IMG/VR virus record: IMGVR_UViG_3300044670_001237 | Location: 1-25,037 of that record | Source: a virus | Lineage: Duplodnaviria; Caudoviricetes | Reading direction: 5' to 3' (one strand) | Length of the DNA: 25,037 bases | Part shown: positions 1 through 7,623 of the stretch, piece by piece | How the letters are laid out: each line of letters opens with the position of its first letter | How positions within the stretch are numbered: the stretch's first letter is position 1 | Translations under genes and position numbers: made by a program | Notes under the pieces: model-generated | Told to the model about the DNA's origin: nothing | What the model saw: only the letters and a program-made list of their open reading frames with translations | Databases searched by the model: none

Positions 1-771
1 TACCCTTGCATTCATAGGAGTTGATGATTCTCCTAAGACCATTGCCAAGCGAGATTTCAACTCATCATATGTCTTATAGTTCTTGGGATCAGTCCATTCA
101 GATAGATCATGTTGTTTATTATAGATGGCCTCTAGTTCTTCATCAGTACCCGGAACAGCAGCTGGAGATTTAAACGCAGAGGTATCATAATTTGGATAGC
201 CCTCTACCTTTCGGATCTTCAACGTAAAGTCTGCTCCATCCCACATATCAAATGGATTAATGGGCTTTTCATCAGGGAACTGAGGTTGCATGGTATCCAT
301 AATCTTATCAAAGATCTTTTTACCAAAACGATAGAGCATTACTCGGCCTTCATTGTCTGGTGCAGAAGGATCTGAGATGACCAATACATTAGCAACATAA
401 CGTAGATTACGTTTACGCTCTCGGACCGTACGCTTTGCCTCTTCTGATCCATCCTGATTCCAAAGCTTAGAGTTATTCTCTGCTAATGGATCGGCCTGAC
501 CAATAGACGTAAGCGACTTCTCTACATACCATTGTCCTGTTGGGCCCTTAAAGAAATGATCCCAGTAACGGACCCAAGGAGTAGATGCATCTGCATTACC
601 AGGAAGGAAACGAATTACTGCATATCCATTGCCGGCCTTATCTCGTGTCGGCTGCCAAAAGCGTTCATCCGTAACATTATGTTTCTTCTGGTCTTCAGGA
701 CCTGCATTAGAAGCAGCTTCTACTAAGGCAGAAAGGTCTGTGCGATTACGTTTTAGTGCTGCGAAACTCAT
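1..771 (-). CDS. gp32: T4-like single-stranded DNA-binding protein gp32 (3' end runs off the window)
   Basis: Not in the ORF track. Manual translation from ATG at 771 gives MSFAALKRNRTDLSALVEAASNAGPEDQKKHNVTDERFWQPTRDKAGNGYAVIRFLP..., later HFFKGPTGQWYVEKSLTSIGQADP and YRFGKKIFDKI, which are hallmark gp32 motifs. GGAG SD upstream; adjacent to gp33. Confidence 0.95.
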   Translation of the reverse strand, partial: MSFAALKRNRTDLSALVEAASNAGPEDQKKHNVTDERFWQPTRDKAGNGYAVIRFLPGNADASTPWVRYWDHFFKGPTGQWYVEKSLTSIGQADPLAENNSKLWNQDGSEEAKRTVRERKRNLRYVANVLVISDPSAPDNEGRVMLYRFGKKIFDKIMDTMQPQFPDEKPINPFDMWDGADFTLKIRKVEGYPNYDTSAFKSPAAVPGTDEELEAIYNKQHDLSEWTDPKNYKTYDELKSRLAMVLGESSTPMNARV

Positions 772-782
772 ATATATTCTCC

Positions 783-812
783 GTATATTATTGTATATCT
801 TTGTGTATCTTT
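783..812 (-). repeat. Three imperfect 10-nt A-rich tandem repeats in the gp32 leader
   Basis: The - strand reads AAAGATACAC AAAGATATAC AATAATATAC, directly followed by GGAG (SD) and the gp32 ATG. Confidence 0.65.
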
Positions 813-826
813 TTATCCACTATATC

Positions 827-855
827 ATTATAAAATATTATATAGGGTTAGTCAA
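827..855 (-). promoter_or_regulatory. Sigma70-type promoter for gp32
   Basis: - strand TTGACT-N17-TATAAT in the gp33/gp32 intergenic region. Confidence 0.8.
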
Positions 856-1078
856 CAGGCAAAGTATTGCCTCGTGGTAAATAATTTAAATGCATGGCTT
901 CGGCCTCAAGTTTATCTTTTATGGCAGGTGCTATGTATTTTCGGACATCTTCTAGATCAAGATCAATGTTATCACATGCATGTATGATTGCATCCATATA
1001 TGAAGACTTATGTTCTTTTACGACTCTTTCTACGAGTTTTGTGAACCTTGCCTTTGTTAGAAACTTTTCTTCCTGCAT
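848..1078 (-). CDS. gp33: Late promoter transcription co-activator gp33
   Basis: 76 aa, FTKLVERVVKE..SYMDAIIHAC..IDLEDVRKYIAPAIKDKLEAEAMHLNYL matches the gp33 pattern; position just upstream of gp32. Confidence 0.88.
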   Translation of the reverse strand: MQEEKFLTKARFTKLVERVVKEHKSSYMDAIIHACDNIDLDLEDVRKYIAPAIKDKLEAEAMHLNYLPRGNTLPVD

Positions 1079-1544
1079 TCTTTTCCAATTCCATTTCTAT
1101 GGTCCACTCAGAGCCTAGGTCTGGATAGTAGACACCAAGGGATCTTTTTACTGTACCGTCCTTATTGTAGGCCATGGCAACACACTTATGTTTTACTTTT
1201 AATTCCCGTTCTGCTCCAGCCCTATGATCAAACCATATACCGCCCCTAATATAGGCCTGCATGTTATGGAGATAGGCCTCCTCAATAAAGTAGGAGGTCC
1301 GCTCTTTGCGATCTTTAGATGTCTTCAGGGTCTTCATGGACCGTAGTTTCATCTGCTGATCCTTAATCCACTTACGGACCTTCTTGGGAGCCAGATCATG
1401 ATCATCTGGTAGATCGCGAATTGATTCATGCACACTAATATTTTTAGCCGGGCCCTTAGCAGCTCGAGCCTTTTCCAGACGTTGAGTCAGCTCTTCCTTC
1501 TGTTGAGGTGTTAGGACTCTTTTCTTTTTATAGGTCTTGACCAT
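1008..1544 (-). CDS. Basic hypothetical protein
   Basis: 178 aa, K/R-rich; GGAGG SD and own promoter; overlaps the gp33 start by 71 nt. Confidence 0.75.
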   Translation of the reverse strand: MVKTYKKKRVLTPQQKEELTQRLEKARAAKGPAKNISVHESIRDLPDDHDLAPKKVRKWIKDQQMKLRSMKTLKTSKDRKERTSYFIEEAYLHNMQAYIRGGIWFDHRAGAERELKVKHKCVAMAYNKDGTVKRSLGVYYPDLGSEWTIEMELEKNAGRKVSNKGKVHKTRRKSRKRT

Positions 1545-1567
1545 ATCATTCCTCCATCATATAATTT

Positions 1568-1596
1568 ATTATAACATAGTTTTAAAATAAAGTCAA
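1568..1596 (-). promoter_or_regulatory. Sigma70-type promoter with extended -10
   Basis: - strand TTGACT-N17-TATAAT, with TG at the extended -10 position (TGTTATAAT), intergenic. Confidence 0.8.
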
Positions 1597-1600
1597 CCGT

Positions 1601-1798
1601 TCATTCGTCTATTTTACTGATTTCCCATTCACCATCATCAAGACGCTTGGCCCTAATAAAGTCATTATCAATTAAATACTCGATTGTGTTTTCAATAATG
1701 TATTCGGGAGGCATTGTCCAGTTACTCCATAACTTGCCTATCATAAAGGCACAGACCGAGGTCGCCAGAATAAAGATCATATCAATATCAAACATCAT
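1601..1798 (-). CDS. Small hypothetical membrane protein
   Basis: N-terminal hydrophobic segment (MIFILATSVCAFMIGKLW); ATG at 1798 or 1795 preferred over the TTG at 1807. Confidence 0.6.
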   Translation of the reverse strand: MMFDIDMIFILATSVCAFMIGKLWSNWTMPPEYIIENTIEYLIDNDFIRAKRLDDGEWEISKIDE

Positions 1799-2027
1799 CA
1801 ATAGCAATCACATCAGATGGATCAATAATGGCCCAATCAAGGGTATCCAAATTCCACCCCAAGCTTTGGTCCGGACGCAACGTAACATTACTAGGAATGA
1901 TTTTATCAACACGATAGATCGATTTGAGGGTTAATGTAGTATCATCCTTGAGGGTAATTAATTTATCACCTTCTCTGAGAGCTTCCTCAATATCTACTGC
2001 ATCAAAGGGACCGGCCAAATCAGACAT
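1788..2027 (-). CDS. Hypothetical protein
   Basis: 79 aa acidic ORF with AAGGAG SD, preceded by a late-promoter-like motif. Confidence 0.65.
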   Translation of the reverse strand: MSDLAGPFDAVDIEEALREGDKLITLKDDTTLTLKSIYRVDKIIPSNVTLRPDQSLGWNLDTLDWAIIDPSDVIAIDDV

Positions 2028-2046
2028 TTATTTTCTCCTTAATATT

Positions 2047-2056
2047 CTATTTATCA
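2047..2056 (-). promoter_or_regulatory. Putative T4-type late (gp55) promoter
   Basis: - strand TGATAAATAG contains the ATAAATA core of the T4 TATAAATA late box; an identical 10-mer occurs at 17396-17405. Confidence 0.55.
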
Positions 2057-2314
2057 GGTAAAGGAAACAACGTTTTCAACCCGAAATGAACGGTAGGCAC
2101 CTTTCATCGTATCAAATGCAACGATCACCTCTTCATTCACGGCACGTACCTTCTTCTGAGAGATAGGATCATCCTTCTTGGCATCAGGCAAAATATCTTC
2201 AATAAGTGTACACATCATATCACGCTCTTCTCCATTTACCTTTTTAAAGATAACACGACAGACACGCTGCCGCAATTCACTAATCATATATTCACGAGAA
2301 CTTGAATCAATCAT
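2054..2314 (-). CDS. SH3/WYL_2-like (DUF2693-type) conserved phage protein
   Basis: Motifs VIFKKVNGEERDMMCTL and AFDTMKGAYRSFRVENV are typical of this T4-like family. Confidence 0.7.
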   Translation of the reverse strand: MIDSSSREYMISELRQRVCRVIFKKVNGEERDMMCTLIEDILPDAKKDDPISQKKVRAVNEEVIVAFDTMKGAYRSFRVENVVSFT

Positions 2315-2505
2315 TTATAGGGGTCCTTTACTTTATAGGTTACATCAGGATTTGTATTCTGATTCTTTTTCAATTCTTTCACACCGAGGGCATGCATAAA
2401 AGATTTGTTGGTCATCAATTGATCGATAACCTTCTCCCAATCTTGTATCTTGCCTTCGAGATACTGAACTCGACGATCAAGCATCGCTGTTTGATAATCA
2501 CTCAT
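2311..2505 (-). CDS. Hypothetical coiled-coil protein
   Basis: 64 aa ORF with ATGA overlaps on both sides and a GGAG SD. Confidence 0.6.
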   Translation of the reverse strand: MSDYQTAMLDRRVQYLEGKIQDWEKVIDQLMTNKSFMHALGVKELKKNQNTNPDVTYKVKDPYK

Positions 2506-2603
2506 TTATTCATCTCCGTAACGACAATCCAAATAAACCCCACGATTAAAAAGGCAAGTATGGACGCGGCCGCTGTCAGTTCACTGGCTTCAGTCCCAGA
2601 CAT
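2502..2603 (-). CDS. 33 aa single-TM microprotein
   Basis: Manual translation MSGTEASELTAAASILAFLIVGFIWIVVTEMNK; fills the gap exactly and its stop overlaps the next ATG. Confidence 0.55.
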   Translation of the reverse strand: MSGTEASELTAAASILAFLIVGFIWIVVTEMNK

Positions 2604-2832
2604 TATCTAGACCCGTAGTAGCACGATAGGTTTCACCATAGTATTGATCCGCATACTTAGAGGCATCGGTCCAATGAAACTCTTTCTCACGAAGCATAGA
2701 CTTATCTTCGCGCTTAACCTTAGCCTGACGAGCCTGCTTCTTCATAAAGCGCTCTTGCTTACGCTTTTCGGCATTACGAAACCTAGTCAGCTCTTTCTTA
2801 AGCTCATTTGCGAATAGATTCTTTCCAGCCAT
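2590..2832 (-). CDS. Hypothetical basic protein
   Basis: ORF track 2590..2838; ATG at 2832 (MAGKNLF...) preferred. Confidence 0.6.
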   Translation of the reverse strand: MAGKNLFANELKKELTRFRNAEKRKQERFMKKQARQAKVKREDKSMLREKEFHWTDASKYADQYYGETYRATTGLDNVWD

Positions 2833-2995
2833 TATCAATTAACCTTTCCATAAAATTTTTATACTCTAAAGAGTTTAACTCAATTTTCGTACGAAAGCAA
2901 CCCTTAAAATGCTCTTTTAGAGTTGCACCTCCACCATGCCAAGACTCAGTAATATAGTATACTTTATCTTTCCAACGAGTATGTTCATATACCAT
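2804..2995 (-). CDS. Hypothetical protein
   Basis: 63 aa ORF in a coupled gene run. Confidence 0.55.
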   Translation of the reverse strand: MVYEHTRWKDKVYYITESWHGGGATLKEHFKGCFRTKIELNSLEYKNFMERLIDNGWKESIRK

Positions 2996-3089
2996 TCCAG
3001 AACACCTTTATATAATTTGCATCAAGCATATCACGATATTCTATGGCATCATAGACACACTTAAACATTTTACCATTTACTATTATCAT
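2985..3089 (-). CDS. 34 aa hypothetical microprotein
   Basis: Manual translation MIIVNGKMFKCVYDAIEYRDMLDANYIKVFWNGI; ATGA overlap with the upstream stop; fills the gap. Confidence 0.5.
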   Translation of the reverse strand: MIIVNGKMFKCVYDAIEYRDMLDANYIKVFWNGI

Positions 3090-3319
3090 CCCCAATCTTT
3101 TCTATCATCTTCATTTTCATAACCATACTTGTAAGCCTCAATCTCACCAACAGTCATGTTGTCTTTTTCTACTCTTTCAGAAGTAATAGAAGCACCAACA
3201 TAGTAATGTGGATCATAATGACGGCCATAATAAGCATCTGCAGAACCACGGTCTTGAGGAGAACCGTGACGAGGAAGTTTATTACCTTTTACGATTACAT
3301 CTAAATCATACGTTTCCAT
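3086..3319 (-). CDS. Hypothetical phage protein (HGSPxDRGSADAYYGR motif)
   Basis: 77 aa, GGAGG SD, TAATG coupling. Confidence 0.7.
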   Translation of the reverse strand: METYDLDVIVKGNKLPRHGSPQDRGSADAYYGRHYDPHYYVGASITSERVEKDNMTVGEIEAYKYGYENEDDRKDWG

Positions 3320-3555
3320 TACACTACCTCCATTCCAGTAAATCCTTCTTGAGTCCAGCCACGAGCTTCAGCATGCTCAAGAATAATACGACCATAGTTT
3401 GCACTAGGCCACAAACCTTCTTTTTGAGCCCATTTTTTCATATCTACTTGAACCATACAAGACTGCTCACCTTGAAAAGGTAGAGCTTCAAGGCGATTAA
3501 TTTCTTCTTCAGCCATATCAAATCCATTACGAGTCGATTGAATCCAGGGTTGCAT
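3319..3555 (-). CDS. Hypothetical protein
   Basis: 78 aa, AAGGAGG SD, TAATG coupling. Confidence 0.7.
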   Translation of the reverse strand: MQPWIQSTRNGFDMAEEEINRLEALPFQGEQSCMVQVDMKKWAQKEGLWPSANYGRIILEHAEARGWTQEGFTGMEVV

Positions 3556-3902
3556 TACGCTACCTCCTTAAAGCCAAAGCTAGCTACAACATGACGATTA
3601 CCATCTTCATCTTCGATGAGATCACCTACAGATACGGAAGCCATACGACCTAGACGAGTAATGTGAGACTCAGGACCAATATTACCAATCTCAAATACAC
3701 GATTAAGATCCTCAGCTTCGATAACAGCTACACCGGTATACAATCCTTCGTAAAGAGCTTTCTCTGCAAGACCTACCGTCTTATCACCAGAGAAGTCCAT
3801 AGACATATCAGCACGAATATCACGCTTCATGCTTTTCATTCCATCATTGATACCGTCGATCTCTGCATCGGTATAGCTGATCTGATAAACTGTATATTTC
3901 AT
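3555..3902 (-). CDS. YodL-like domain protein
   Basis: KYTVYQI...DLNRVFEIGN...RMASVSVGDLI...VASFGF resembles the YodL-like motif (LExxF..N..RSLSVSDVV..F.F). First gene after a putative early promoter. Confidence 0.6.
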   Translation of the reverse strand: MKYTVYQISYTDAEIDGINDGMKSMKRDIRADMSMDFSGDKTVGLAEKALYEGLYTGVAVIEAEDLNRVFEIGNIGPESHITRLGRMASVSVGDLIEDEDGNRHVVASFGFKEVA

Positions 3903-3920
3903 CTTACTTCCTTTTCATCT

Positions 3921-3957
3921 TATATAATTAATATAGGGACTAATTTAACAATTACAC
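3921..3957 (-). promoter_or_regulatory. Putative early promoter, copy 1
   Basis: - strand GTGTAA-N16-TATATT-AATTATATA, preceded by a long T-tract (3969-3988); the 17-nt core is shared with 6988-7004. Confidence 0.55.
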
Positions 3958-3992
3958 CCCCGGCAATGAAAAAAAAAAATAAAAAAAATTAA

Positions 3993-4208
3993 TTAAATGG
4001 TGTTACCATACACCCATTCGCAATCACTCTTTGCAGATTTAAGAGTCCTGCGATGCCAAGCCACACGCTCAAGTATCTTTACTTGATACGGCTTTCTATT
4101 TTTGACCTTATGTATGTTGGCTACATACTTATCGATATTGGGATCCCATAGGGTATGGTAGACCTCACATGTATCGGGATCTCTGATCCTTTCCCACTTT
4201 AGTTGCAT
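3993..4208 (-). CDS. Hypothetical protein
   Basis: 71 aa ORF, last gene of its cassette. Confidence 0.55.
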   Translation of the reverse strand: MQLKWERIRDPDTCEVYHTLWDPNIDKYVANIHKVKNRKPYQVKILERVAWHRRTLKSAKSDCEWVYGNTI

Positions 4209-4211
4209 TCT

Positions 4212-4928
4212 TCACCTATATTTACTTTTACGCCAAAAGGCCCTTTTATAGGAATCCTTAAATCTAGAAGAGACTTTATAAAACTGACCCTTGGTCCTGG
4301 ATTCATCCTCAGGTTCCATAGACATCTTCCAGTCTTCCTTTTTAAAGGGTATGACCTGTACCAACGGAGTACCTTTTTCTATTATAACCTCTTTTTCAAA
4401 ATTAGTAAACAAAAAAGGAAAAGCAATTGGTACATTATATACGTCTGAATCCACAATGCCAGACAAAAAATGTAGGCCTTGAGATTGTAAATCAAAACTA
4501 TTTAGGACAGGTGTAAATAAACAACTGAATCCCTTTGGAGTTTCGATCATAAAGGGGTTTTGATATTTTAGTACAATATGAGGGCCATTCATGTATTTAA
4601 AATTACCCATCTGCCCCACATTATGAGCACCAATAAGTCCGTTGGGTACACATTCATCAAGAGCACTGGATGCCGTAAACCCAGAGCCTCCATCTGGAAA
4701 CCCCTTTATAAAAATATCTGCGGCTGCTAATATTGTATAGCCAGTAGTAAGAGCGTCTAAGAATGGCACACACTTCTTAACAGTACCATTAGATTTATGA
4801 GGCATTGGAAAAAAGTCTTCATGCCCCACACCAGATTTCTTAAACCATTTTGGCATGGCGGCCAACGCAGGAACCGGGTTGGCCATGGCCTCTATGAGAA
4901 AGGGCGCTGCGCTAAATTTTATCTTCAT
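4212..4928 (-). CDS. DUF6065-like / dUTPase-fold (beta-clip)-like phage protein
   Basis: PKWFKK..TVKKCVPFLDALTTGY..NPFMIETPKGFSCLFTP..SGIVDSD..IEKGTPLVQVIPFK; the C-terminal IEKGTPLVQVIP resembles dUTPase motif IV. Function unknown. Confidence 0.6.
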   Translation of the reverse strand: MKIKFSAAPFLIEAMANPVPALAAMPKWFKKSGVGHEDFFPMPHKSNGTVKKCVPFLDALTTGYTILAAADIFIKGFPDGGSGFTASSALDECVPNGLIGAHNVGQMGNFKYMNGPHIVLKYQNPFMIETPKGFSCLFTPVLNSFDLQSQGLHFLSGIVDSDVYNVPIAFPFLFTNFEKEVIIEKGTPLVQVIPFKKEDWKMSMEPEDESRTKGQFYKVSSRFKDSYKRAFWRKSKYR

Positions 4929-5149
4929 TCTTTTAGATCATTGATCTGCGACTGCAGCCCCAAGATCATCTCAATGTTTTGATCAATCTTACGATGATGT
5001 GCATCATGATCTACACGTGTACGTGCATGCAATGCGGAATGGGCTGCCTGCAATGTCAACAACTGAGATTCCATGCTTTCAATTGATTCGGCATTTTTAT
5101 TGATCTCCATGCCAAAACCCAAAAATATTACTAATGCAATTACTTCCAT
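4925..5149 (-). CDS. Hypothetical protein, N-terminal TM or signal plus coiled coil
   Basis: MEVIALVIFLGFG followed by heptad-like sequence; GGAG SD. Confidence 0.6.
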   Translation of the reverse strand: MEVIALVIFLGFGMEINKNAESIESMESQLLTLQAAHSALHARTRVDHDAHHRKIDQNIEMILGLQSQINDLKE

Positions 5150-5161
5150 TTTCTACTCCAC

Positions 5162-5617
5162 TTATTTCTGAAACGGTACCACATACCGCTTACCATCTAT
5201 ATAGAACCTCACAGTCGAATGGCTATAAACTTCTACGTTTGAATTTTGATAAACAACTACATCACTACATTGACGTTGTATTTCATAGCCGGTTACCTTG
5301 GGGCCCTTTGCCGATTCATTGGCTATAATTGCACCGCCTAGAGCTCCAATAGCAGCCCCTTCATCCTTACCAGATGCTGTGCCTCCAATAAGACCACCTA
5401 AGATAGCACCAAGTAATACATCACCCCCAGATGCTTGACCGCCCTGCTGGTAAATAGGAACCTTCACATCCTGACATCGTCTCTCAGACACAGGGACAGA
5501 TTGTGTTACTATTTTAGTATGATCATAGACTTTTATGTCTTTTATATTTTCATTAGCAGCAGCTGCCGTTGCAGCCGCCATTACAAGTAGGGGGATTATT
5601 AATACACTTTTTTTCAT
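5162..5617 (-). CDS. Secreted or envelope glycine-zipper 2TM protein
   Basis: Signal peptide MKKSVLIIPLLVMAAATAAAA; glycine zipper LLGAILGGLIGG...GAAIGALGGAII. Confidence 0.75.
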   Translation of the reverse strand: MKKSVLIIPLLVMAAATAAAANENIKDIKVYDHTKIVTQSVPVSERRCQDVKVPIYQQGGQASGGDVLLGAILGGLIGGTASGKDEGAAIGALGGAIIANESAKGPKVTGYEIQRQCSDVVVYQNSNVEVYSHSTVRFYIDGKRYVVPFQK

Positions 5618-5629
5618 TTAGTTTTTCCT

Positions 5630-5851
5630 TCATGCCACAGTTCCATAATTATTAATTAGTTCGTTTACCAGATGGATCAACACATCAACATCATCTTGGT
5701 CGACGGGAGGTATCTGAAGTTCATACATACCATTTATGATGGCATCTTCTATATTATCGCGATTGGCCTTACCATCAACAAAAGGTCGATGATATCCCTG
5801 TTCGATAATATGAAAGACCATTGAAGCATGTGCTGTACTATTTAATCTCAT
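5630..5851 (-). CDS. Hypothetical protein
   Basis: ORF track 5630..5866 (GTG); ATG at 5851 (MRLNSTAH...) preferred. Confidence 0.6.
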   Translation of the reverse strand: MRLNSTAHASMVFHIIEQGYHRPFVDGKANRDNIEDAIINGMYELQIPPVDQDDVDVLIHLVNELINNYGTVA

Positions 5852-5984
5852 TTTTTTCTTCCTCACACCAAAATCTTATGGTAACCAGGTTACCTCTTTG
5901 TTTATCAGAGTATGTATTATCTCTCTTAATCATATACTCAATATCATAATCATTTAATATTTTTCTTAATTCAATAAGAGTCAT
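5838..5984 (-). CDS. 48 aa hypothetical protein
   Basis: Manual translation MTLIELRKILNDYDIEYMIKRDNTYSDKQRGNLVTIRFWCEEEKNEIK; ATGA overlap upstream. Confidence 0.55.
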   Translation of the reverse strand: MTLIELRKILNDYDIEYMIKRDNTYSDKQRGNLVTIRFWCEEEKNEIK

Positions 5985-6097
5985 TTCTTAATGGCCTCAA
6001 CCATGCTCAAAGCGAGTCCAAGAGTTGAGATATCCACTTCCTTTACTCCCTTCCAATCGTTGTCGAGAATCCTTCTCGCTACTTCTACTACTGTCAC
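5981..6097 (-). CDS. 38 aa hypothetical protein (GTG start)
   Basis: MTVVEVARRILDNDWKGVKEVDISTLGLALSMVEAIKK; AGGA SD; stop overlaps the next ATG. Confidence 0.5.
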   Translation of the reverse strand: MTVVEVARRILDNDWKGVKEVDISTLGLALSMVEAIKK

Positions 6098-6161
6098 GTT
6101 TCAACCATCCTGCTAAATTATCACCAACAATGCCATCACACGGGTCATCGCTATCTGCCAT
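5997..6161 (-). CDS. 54 aa hypothetical protein overlapping the 38 aa ORF
   Basis: MADSDDPCDGIVGDNLAGWLKRDS...; GAGG SD; start overlaps the end of the upstream gene. Confidence 0.4.
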   Translation of the reverse strand: MADSDDPCDGIVGDNLAGWLKRDSSRSSEKDSRQRLEGSKGSGYLNSWTRFEHG

Positions 6162-6447
6162 CTTTACCTCTTAGACTTTGAATTGCATATTTTATTCGAG
6201 AAGGATACTCACCTAAAAACGTACCAGCTTCTAACATCTCTTTAGTTATAAGATGTTTGTGCATATGTTCGATATCATCCCACTCTGCTAACATCCTCTT
6301 TGCCATTCTATCAAAATAGCCATCAGATAGCAAAGGACGATCTTCTACATAGTAGGCATAGGACGCCATAACATACCACGGTATCATCATATTATTATTT
6401 TCATCAATTAGATCACTACAATGTTTATCAAATATTTGATCGGGCAT
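6151..6447 (-). CDS. Stand-alone NAD-dependent DNA ligase domain Ia (Nlig-Ia)-like protein
   Basis: ASYAYYVEDRPLLSDGYFDRM matches the LigA subdomain Ia signature (H/A-x-Y-x-YY-x-x-D-x-P-x-I/L-SD-x-x-Y/F-D); only 98 aa, with no KxDG adenylation motif. Confidence 0.75.
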   Translation of the reverse strand: MPDQIFDKHCSDLIDENNNMMIPWYVMASYAYYVEDRPLLSDGYFDRMAKRMLAEWDDIEHMHKHLITKEMLEAGTFLGEYPSRIKYAIQSLRGKDGR

Positions 6448-6799
6448 AGTAAGCCTCTGTTAGTTGTTTTTCCATACCATGAGCCTCAATTTCATGTGGC
6501 CGCTCATCATAAGGCAAATCATTAACCATGACCATCCCTCGAAGGTATTGAGATACATGTACCAATTCATGTAATACAGTAGTAACCAAATCTGAGAGGG
6601 AAAGAGATTTGCTGAGACGAATAGTAAATTCATTATCGTCCTCATACATGCAGTCGCCACATACTCCTTGTTTGCGCATAGCAATAATATTTATATAAAC
6701 ATCATCTTCTGGAAACAATTTAGAGGACCCATAAGCGATAACATCACAGATCAGATCCTCCTTTCTTTTTGCAAATCTTGATTCAAATTCAACTAACAA
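6428..6799 (-). CDS. HExxH zinc metallopeptidase (zincin/SprT/ImmA-like)
   Basis: TTVLHELVHVSQY plus downstream PHEIEAH (third Zn ligand); TTG start with AGGAG SD. Confidence 0.8.
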   Translation of the reverse strand: MLVEFESRFAKRKEDLICDVIAYGSSKLFPEDDVYINIIAMRKQGVCGDCMYEDDNEFTIRLSKSLSLSDLVTTVLHELVHVSQYLRGMVMVNDLPYDERPHEIEAHGMEKQLTEAYYARSNI

Positions 6800-6808
6800 A
6801 TTAATCTC

Positions 6809-6973
6809 CTAAGATGTAAAATCGTTGATGATATCTTCTTCTTTTTGTTCTAAGATATCTTGAATCATTCCTATTAAATAATTATCCTCTTCTGAATAGA
6901 AAATATCTGACTGAAGAGAAGAATGGATAGTATTTAATTGTAGTTCTGATAAGATAATTTGATATTTTTTCAT
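6809..6973 (-). CDS. 54 aa acidic hypothetical protein
   Basis: Manual translation MKKYQIILSELQLNTIHSSLQSDIFYSEEDNYLIGMIQDILEQKEEDIINDFTS; AAGGAG SD; first gene after a putative early promoter. Confidence 0.65.
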   Translation of the reverse strand: MKKYQIILSELQLNTIHSSLQSDIFYSEEDNYLIGMIQDILEQKEEDIINDFTS

Positions 6974-6987
6974 TTATGATCTCCTTC

Positions 6988-7024
6988 TATATTATTAATA
7001 TAGGTACGGAAGATCAGATGTCAC
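6988..7024 (-). promoter_or_regulatory. Putative early promoter, copy 2
   Basis: - strand GTGACA-N16-TATATT-AATAATATA; core CCTATATTAATWATATA shared with 3921-3937. Confidence 0.6.
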
Positions 7025-7623
7025 GGGTTATGTGTAACTATTTCTACATTTTTTCCAGGATTAAATTTAAGACGATCATGTTTATGATGCAGTATCCATT
7101 TTGTATTACCGAACTCTGCAAATATCTTTTGCCATATTGGTCGCCATCGATCATTCAACCTTACGTTGTTGGTGGCTCCTCTATCAGAATTGATTACAAA
7201 ATCTGTTGTGGATCTTAAATTCATATCAAATATTGAATCAAATCCATACATGTGTATTTCATCGGCTCTCATTCTATTAGCCGTATAATGAGCCGCAAAG
7301 TGACCACAATTAAGGTTTGTATAGTTCTCGGCGTATTCAGGTAAGACGGTATAGAACTCTCTTATCTGATGTCCAAACCTCATCTTAAAATTACCTTGAT
7401 TTTTATTATACCAAAGTTTTGGTCTGTACCCCATTACCCAATTACCAGGTATCACCACAGAACCTTCAGTAAGGGCAGCACACATCTTAAAATCAACTAT
7501 ACAGGAAGCATATACATTAGCAATATCCATAGGAGGTTGATTACAGGTAATCTTTATTCCCTTGGCTGGTTTATAAAGTGTATGATGATCACCATTACCA
7601 ATTATATGCGCCACTCTAGTCAT
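7021..7623 (-). CDS. Rossmann-like GT29/GT42/DUF115-type putative glycosyltransferase
   Basis: N-terminal AHIIGNG...ITCN and IHMYGFDS motifs resemble sialyltransferase/Maf/DUF115 folds; last gene of the GT cluster. Confidence 0.5.
   Translation of the reverse strand: MTRVAHIIGNGDHHTLYKPAKGIKITCNQPPMDIANVYASCIVDFKMCAALTEGSVVIPGNWVMGYRPKLWYNKNQGNFKMRFGHQIREFYTVLPEYAENYTNLNCGHFAAHYTANRMRADEIHMYGFDSIFDMNLRSTTDFVINSDRGATNNVRLNDRWRPIWQKIFAEFGNTKWILHHKHDRLKFNPGKNVEIVTHNP

Noticed and set aside
3969-3988. Long A-tract (T-tract on the - strand) as a terminator or phase-variable site
   Set aside because: No GC stem precedes it on the - strand and it is intergenic; more likely an UP-element-like or bent DNA segment.
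5880-5894. Perfect inverted repeat GGTAACC-A-GGTTACC
   Set aside because: It is a single copy inside a probable small CDS with no promoter nearby, so it cannot be supported as an operator.
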